A stretch of DNA of 64,000 bases from an uncultured Alphaproteobacteria bacterium (GTDB lineage: Bacteria > Pseudomonadota > Alphaproteobacteria > Rhodospirillales > Defluviicoccaceae). Made by a program: the position numbers and the translations under genes. Location of the stretch: assembly GCA_963786265.1 (NCBI GenBank), contig CAWAYT010000003.1, positions 2,152-66,151 of the forward strand, written 5' to 3'. The notes under the pieces were generated by a model. The model did no database searches and was not told where the DNA came from. It saw nothing but the letters and a program-made list of their open reading frames with translations. Every line of letters begins with the position of its first letter. Position 1 is the stretch's first letter. Shown here piece after piece: positions 58,914 through 64,000 of this stretch.

Positions 58914-59627
58914 ATGACCGAGAACAGCAGAGACGCGCAGGCGCCACAGTACAACGCTGCAGAGATCGGCGCACTTGCCCATCTCTACCGCGGCGAGATG
59001 TACCGCAGCACCGTCTGGCGCACCCGGCTGGACACCACCACGAACTGGGCCATCGTCACCACCGGCATCGCGCTTTCGGTGACGTTCAGTTCCGTCCAGG
59101 CGACGCCCTTGCCGATCGTCCTCGTCTCGTTCCTGCTTGCCGCATTCCTGCTGTTCGAGGCTCGCCGCTATCAGTATTTCGATATCTGGAACACGCGTCT
59201 CCGCGTGATCGAGTCATGTTTCTACGACCCGATCTTGCGCGCCAGAGGAATCTGCACCGATAGCGACTGGAACAAAGTGCTGGCCGATGATTTGAAGCGC
59301 CTGCGACTCCACATCGGTCTGCTCGATGCCGCCGGTCTTCGCCTTCGGCGGAACTACGGATGGATTTTTGCGATCCAGATAGCGAGTTATTGGAGCAAGA
59401 TCGGAGTGCACCCGACACCGCTCGCGTCTTTCAGCGACCTATGGGAAAGAACGGCGGTCGGCCCTGTCCCTGGGCAGGTCGTCTTGATGGTCGGCGCCTT
59501 CTTTTATCTTAGCCTTTTCGCGATCGGTGTCATCACCTTCCGTCCGCTCAACCGGGTCAAACGAGACCCTGGCGCAATGCCCGCTCAGGATCGCCTTCGG
59601 ATACTGGCCGGTACCGAGCAATACTGA
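58914..59627 (+). CDS. DUF2270-family membrane protein
   Basis: LAHLYRGEMYRSTVWRTRLDTTTNWA, EARRY and RLRRNY motifs. Confidence 0.85.
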   Translation: MTENSRDAQAPQYNAAEIGALAHLYRGEMYRSTVWRTRLDTTTNWAIVTTGIALSVTFSSVQATPLPIVLVSFLLAAFLLFEARRYQYFDIWNTRLRVIESCFYDPILRARGICTDSDWNKVLADDLKRLRLHIGLLDAAGLRLRRNYGWIFAIQIASYWSKIGVHPTPLASFSDLWERTAVGPVPGQVVLMVGAFFYLSLFAIGVITFRPLNRVKRDPGAMPAQDRLRILAGTEQY

Positions 59628-59839
59628 ACGTCTCGCGTTGCTCGATCGCGCGGCAGGGTCCAGGCCTTCACGTGCAGAACTTCCATCTGCGGCCACCTGC
59701 CGGTTTCGCTGGCGCACGTCGCGCGGAGGCGATTGCTCGCCACCCCTTGGCGGGCGAAACTACCGCGCCGCGCTCCTGCCTGGGTTATACCGCCAGTCGT
59801 TCGTTGGTCCTGCGCGCAACAGGAGGCGCCATTCACAAG

Positions 59840-60496
59840 GCATTGAAAACAAAGCATGAAAAACAGAGATGGTTCGATTCGGGGTTCGCTTCCCTCCGCC
59901 AGTCACACTACCCGGAACGTTCTCTCCACCGCGACAGCGCGAGAAAAACGCGTTATTTCAAAGGCATTTACCGAATCGGCTGGGTACCGCCCCCGCCGCT
60001 TGAGGCCCATCTTCCCTCTCTCTTCGGCCGTTTTCTCCGCAGGCTGGGAACTGCGCCAATTTAGTACCCAGCTTGTGATTTCAATGTTCTCAATGGCTTG
60101 CGGGGAGTAACGGCCGGGTAGCAGTTCGAAAACGCGATTGCTAGGCGGAAAGTTCCGCAAACGTTCTTGGCGAAGCGACCGCTAGGCGGTCTTCGCGTCC
60201 TGCTCGGTCCTACCCCGGCTGGCGAAATGATAGTTGCCACCGCGAAGGAGTGGGAAGCCGAAGCCGGGGGGGAAGCGGCAAAAGGCGTCGGCTTCGGGCG
60301 ACCGGACGCCTCCGCGATATGAAAATTGCGGGCATTACGGGCGGCGGGAAGCGGACGGACTGAAGGCCGTTTGCGACGTCGTTTAAAGTCCGTTTCCAGG
60401 AGAGATATCGTCGTCGCAGTGGAGAAAATCGTTCGATATCGCGGCTGGTGGAAAGCCGACGCCCTTCGATAGAAAGGCGGAAATCAGTGGTGGGCA
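59840..60496 (+). repeat. Island-end repeat, copy 3 (longest), with a degenerate tRNA-3'-like motif
   Basis: GGTTCGATTC...CCCTCCGCCA at 59871-59901; spans the regions matched by copies 1 and 2. Confidence 0.8.
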
Positions 60497-60634
60497 TGTC
60501 CCCCGGCGGCCGGCATCCCTGCAATCCGACGCTCGATCCCCAGGGTGCAAAGCCCATCACCGCAAAGCGGAAGCGGCTGGCGTCTGGCATCGGGGGTCGA
60601 ACGGAAGCCGCGGGCTCGTCTGCATGGTAAGACG

Positions 60635-60750
60635 ATAGCGCAGGGTTTGTCGCGGCTGCTGGCCGATACCTACACTCTGTACGTCAACACACGCAATTTT
60701 CACTGGAACGTGACTGGGCCGCAGTTCAACACCCTGCATCGGATGTTCGA
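60635..60750 (+). pseudogene. Dps fragment
   Basis: LSRLLADTYTLY..NFHWNVTGPQFNTLH.MF. Confidence 0.82.
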
Positions 60751-60751
60751 C

Positions 60752-60975
60752 GTCCTGGCCCACAACCTGGCCAGCTTCCTGCGGACCCTGGCACTGCCGG
60801 TGCGAAATCCAGCACTGGTCGCTGACGACGCTCAGGGAGAAGGTGGTCAAGATTGGTGCGAGATTGGTCGAAGTGTTATCGCCCATGCCCGCTATTCGGT
60901 ATTCCAGATGGCCGAGGTAGCCGTGCCCGTGCCTTGTTCCGCCACATCCTGGAGATGATCCACGACCTCCGGCCA
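60752..60975 (+). pseudogene. IS1380-type transposase C-terminal relic
   Basis: LAHNLASFLRTLALP..HARY.VFQMAEVAVP. Confidence 0.7.
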
Positions 60976-61004
60976 AGGCAAGTGGCGCGATGCCGGCGAG
61001 CGCG

Positions 61005-61430
61005 ATCCTGCATCGCATGCTCGACCACCTACGTAAGGGGGATGCCGTCGTGGTCTGGAAGCTCGATCGCCTGTCCCGCTCGCTGAAGGACGTGCTGCAC
61101 ATCATGGAGCGCATCGCCAAGGCCGGGTCGGCTTCCGCTCATCACCAAGAATATCGATACCACCACTCCGGCCGGGCGCATGATGATGCAGATGGTCGGC
61201 GCTTTCGCCGAGTTCGAACGCGCCATGATCAAGGAACGGACTTCCGCAGGTTGTGCCGCTGCCCGCGCTGAGGGCTGCATTGCGGCAGACGCAAGAGCCT
61301 CGAGGCTGCCAAGCGTCGCCGAGATCGCCGAAAGCGTCATCACCGGCCGGGAAGTCCGGCGCCGAGATGGCCCGGCTCTACAACGTCAGGGCGTGTCACG
61401 CATTGTGGCGCAACATCGAATGGTTCATCC
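61005..61430 (+). pseudogene. Small serine resolvase/invertase relic
   Basis: VVVWKLDRLSRS, DTTTPAGRMM and AEFERAMIKERT motifs. Confidence 0.85.
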
Positions 61431-61599
61431 TTAGACTGTGGGTGACGAACCCTGAAGTCCAGGGGGTAACTGATGCCGGTCTCGAAGAAGCCGTGCCGAA
61501 AAGCTGCGCGGAAGCCCCAGCGGAAGGTCGAGGCCATCGGGGCGTTGCCGGTTAAGGTTCCGTGGCTACTGTGGGGGCGAAGGAAGGCGCAGATACTGT

Positions 61600-64000
61600 G
61601 GGCGGCGCGGCAGGTGGAGATTGGGAGCAGCCTGAGCCAGGATCCTCTGGGCGAGCGGGCGGACAACCTGGAGCGGGCGATCGCGCACTACGGCAGGCGC
61701 TCACGGTCTATACCCGCGAGGCCTTCCCCGAGACTGGGCGGCGACCCAGAACAACCTGGCGGACGCCTATGCGACGCGCATCCGCGGTGAGCGGGCGGAC
61801 AACCTCGAGCGGGCGATCGCGCACTGCCGAGCAGGCGCTCGCGGTCTATACCCGCGAGGCCTTTCCCGGCGACTGGGCGATGACCCAGAGCAACCTGGCG
61901 AGCGCCTATCGGGATGCGCATCCGCGGCGAGCGGGCGGACAACCTGGAGCGGGCGATCGCAGCACTACGAGCAGGCGCTCACGGTGTATACCCGCGAGGC
62001 CTTTCCGCGAAGACTGGGCGATGACCCAGAACAACCTGGCGAACGCCTATCAGCAGCGCATCCGCGGCGAGCGGGCGGACAACCTGGAGCGGGCGATCGC
62101 GCACTCCGAGCAGGCGCTGACGGTCTATACCCGCGAGGCCTTTCCGGAGGACTGGGCGATGACCCAGAACAACCTGGCGGCACGCCTACAGCCGAGCGCA
62201 TCCGCGGCGAGCGGGCGGACAACCTGGAGCAGGCGATCGCGCACTCGAGCAGGCGCTCACGGTCTATCACCCGCGAGGCCTTCCCCGAGCACTGGGCGAT
62301 GACCCAGAACAACCTGGCGAACGCCTATCGCGAGCCGCATCCGCGGCGAGCGGGCGGACAACCTGGAGCGGGCGATCGCGCACTATCGAGCGGCGCTGAC
62401 GGTCTACACCCGCGAGGCCTTCCCCGAGCACTGGGCGATGACCCAGAACAACCTGGCGCATCGCCTACGGCGATCGCATCCGCGGCGAGCGGGCGGACAA
62501 CCTGGAGCGGGCGATCGCGCACTATCGAGCGGCGCTGACGGTCTATACCCGCGAGGCCTTCCCCGAACACTGGGCGATGACCCAGAACAACCTGGCGAAC
62601 GCCTACGGGGATGCGCATCCGCGGCGAGCGGGCGGACAACCTGGAGCAGGCGATCGCGCACTACGAGCAGGCGCTCGACGGTCTATACCCGCGAGGCCTT
62701 CCCGGCAGACTGGGCGATGACCCAGAACAACCTGGCGAACGCCTATGGCGAGCGCATCCGCGGCGAGCGGGCGGACAACCTGGAGCGGGCGATCGCGCAC
62801 TACGGCGCAGGCGCTCACGGTCTATACCCGCGAGGCCTTCCCGGCAGGACTGGGCGAGGACCCAGAACAACCTGGCGAACGCCTATCGGGATCGCATCCG
62901 CGGCGAGCGGGCGGACAACCTGGAGCAGGCGATCGCGCACTACGACGCGGCGCTCACGGTCTATACCCGCGAGGCCTTCCCCGAGCACTGGGCGATGACC
63001 CAGAACAACCTGGCGAACGCCTATCGCGAGCGCATCCGCGGCGAGCGGGCGGACAACCTGGAGCAGGCGATCGAGCACTCGAGCGGCGCTCACGGTCTGT
63101 ACCCGCGAGGCCTTCCCGGCGGACTGGGCGATGACCCAGAACAACCTGGCGACCGCCTACTGCGGACCGCATCCGCGGCGAGCGGGCGGACAACCTGGAG
63201 CGGGCGATCGAGCACTACGGCGCAGGCGCTCACGGTCTATACCCGCGAGGCCTTCCCGGCCGAGTACCGAAGAACGCAACGCAATCTCGGCGCCCTGCAC
63301 TTCGGCCGGGAGGATTGGGCGCGCGCTCATGCGGCCTTTACCGCGGCGATCGAGGCCGGCGCGGATCTGCTTGCGGCGGCGTATACCGAGACCGGCCGGC
63401 GCGCCGAGGTGGGTGAGAGCGCCCGCCTCTATGCCGAAGATGCTTACACGCTGCTGCGTCTGGAACGGCCCGGGGATGGCCTGGTGCGTCTGGAGCAGGG
63501 CAAGACCCGGCTTTTGAGCGAGGCCCTGGCTCTGGCCGCGCTCGATCTCACGATGCTGGCGGAAGCCGACCAGGAGGCCATGCGGTCGGCGCGGCAAGCC
63601 GTCCGCGAGCTCGAGGCGGAGATGCGCCTGCCCGCGGACACGCCGGCCCGCCGCAGCGACCGGGACCTGGCGGAGGCGCTGCGCCAGGCCCGGGCCGACC
63701 TCGACCGCCTCATCGCGAGCATCCGGGCCGAACGGCCCGAGTTCATGCCGACCGGCCTGGATCTGCCGGGACTTCTGGGTCTGATCCCCGAAGGTGGCGC
63801 ACTGGTCGCGCCGCTGTTCACCTCGAAGGGCAGTGCGGTGTTCGTGCTGCCGCACGGGACGGCGACGGTGACCAAGGAGCATGTCATCGAGCTGGATCGG
63901 TTCACCGAAGCGGACCTCCGCGCCCTCCTGCGGGGGCCTGACGATGAACCAGAGCTGGGCGGCTGGCTCGGGGCGTACGCGAACGAGCACGTGCCGACTG
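61600..64000 (+). CDS. TPR-array protein of the TPR-CHAT type (5' end unclear; runs off window)
   Basis: 46-aa repeats, then LEQGKTRLLSEAL, a coiled coil and IRAERPEFMP, the typical pre-CHAT linker. The catalytic domain is not in the window. Confidence 0.75.
61653..63260 (+). repeat. Twelve near-identical ~138-nt coding tandem repeats
   Basis: GAGCGGGCGGACAACCT starts near 61653, 61789, 61929, 62069, 62209, 62348, 62487, 62626, 62765, 62905, 63043 and 63180. Confidence 0.95.

Noticed and set aside
59871-59901. Intact tRNA gene
   Set aside because: Only a degenerate T-arm/CCA-like end is present; no D or anticodon arm could be folded.
61653-63260. CRISPR array
   Set aside because: The units are contiguous ~138-nt coding repeats with no unique spacers, and there are no cas genes.

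Overview
GC-rich, alphaproteobacterial-looking accessory region (GroEL N-terminus and CIRCE, GapR-like gene, LSR-type prophage relics). It is a mosaic of nested mobile DNA. Almost every long gene, even groEL, carries single-base frameshifts, so most are probably long-read or assembly indels. Left to right: a pentapeptide-repeat gene split by a complete IS21 (AGGTT target duplication); a stress cluster (Hsp20, PRC-barrel, HdeD, DUF5335, rhomboid, ClpP-fold SDH protease, PsiE, truncated Kef antiporter); IS1380; a 5'-truncated group II intron; pqiABC with a beta-barrel gene; pdaD; adh; an abutting IS5/IS701 pair at CTAG sites; a low-GC DUF262-Schlafen(AlbA_2) gene; a 3'-5' exonuclease; an integron-type attI/HEPN cassette/attC unit with no integrase; GapR, YecA, PhoX and hemerythrin among prophage and large serine recombinase relics; groESL; MaoC-Pta and Pat; hemolysin III, slipin, Hsp20; a six-PAS hybrid kinase; and a 12x138-nt TPR array leading into a probable CHAT protein. 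Three co-oriented copies of a non-coding island-end sequence and four relics of one recombinase-partner gene suggest repeated tandem integration. The best candidates for new biology are the orphan integron unit, the DUF262-Schlafen fusion and the TPR array. Family assignments come from motif recognition only; no searches were run.
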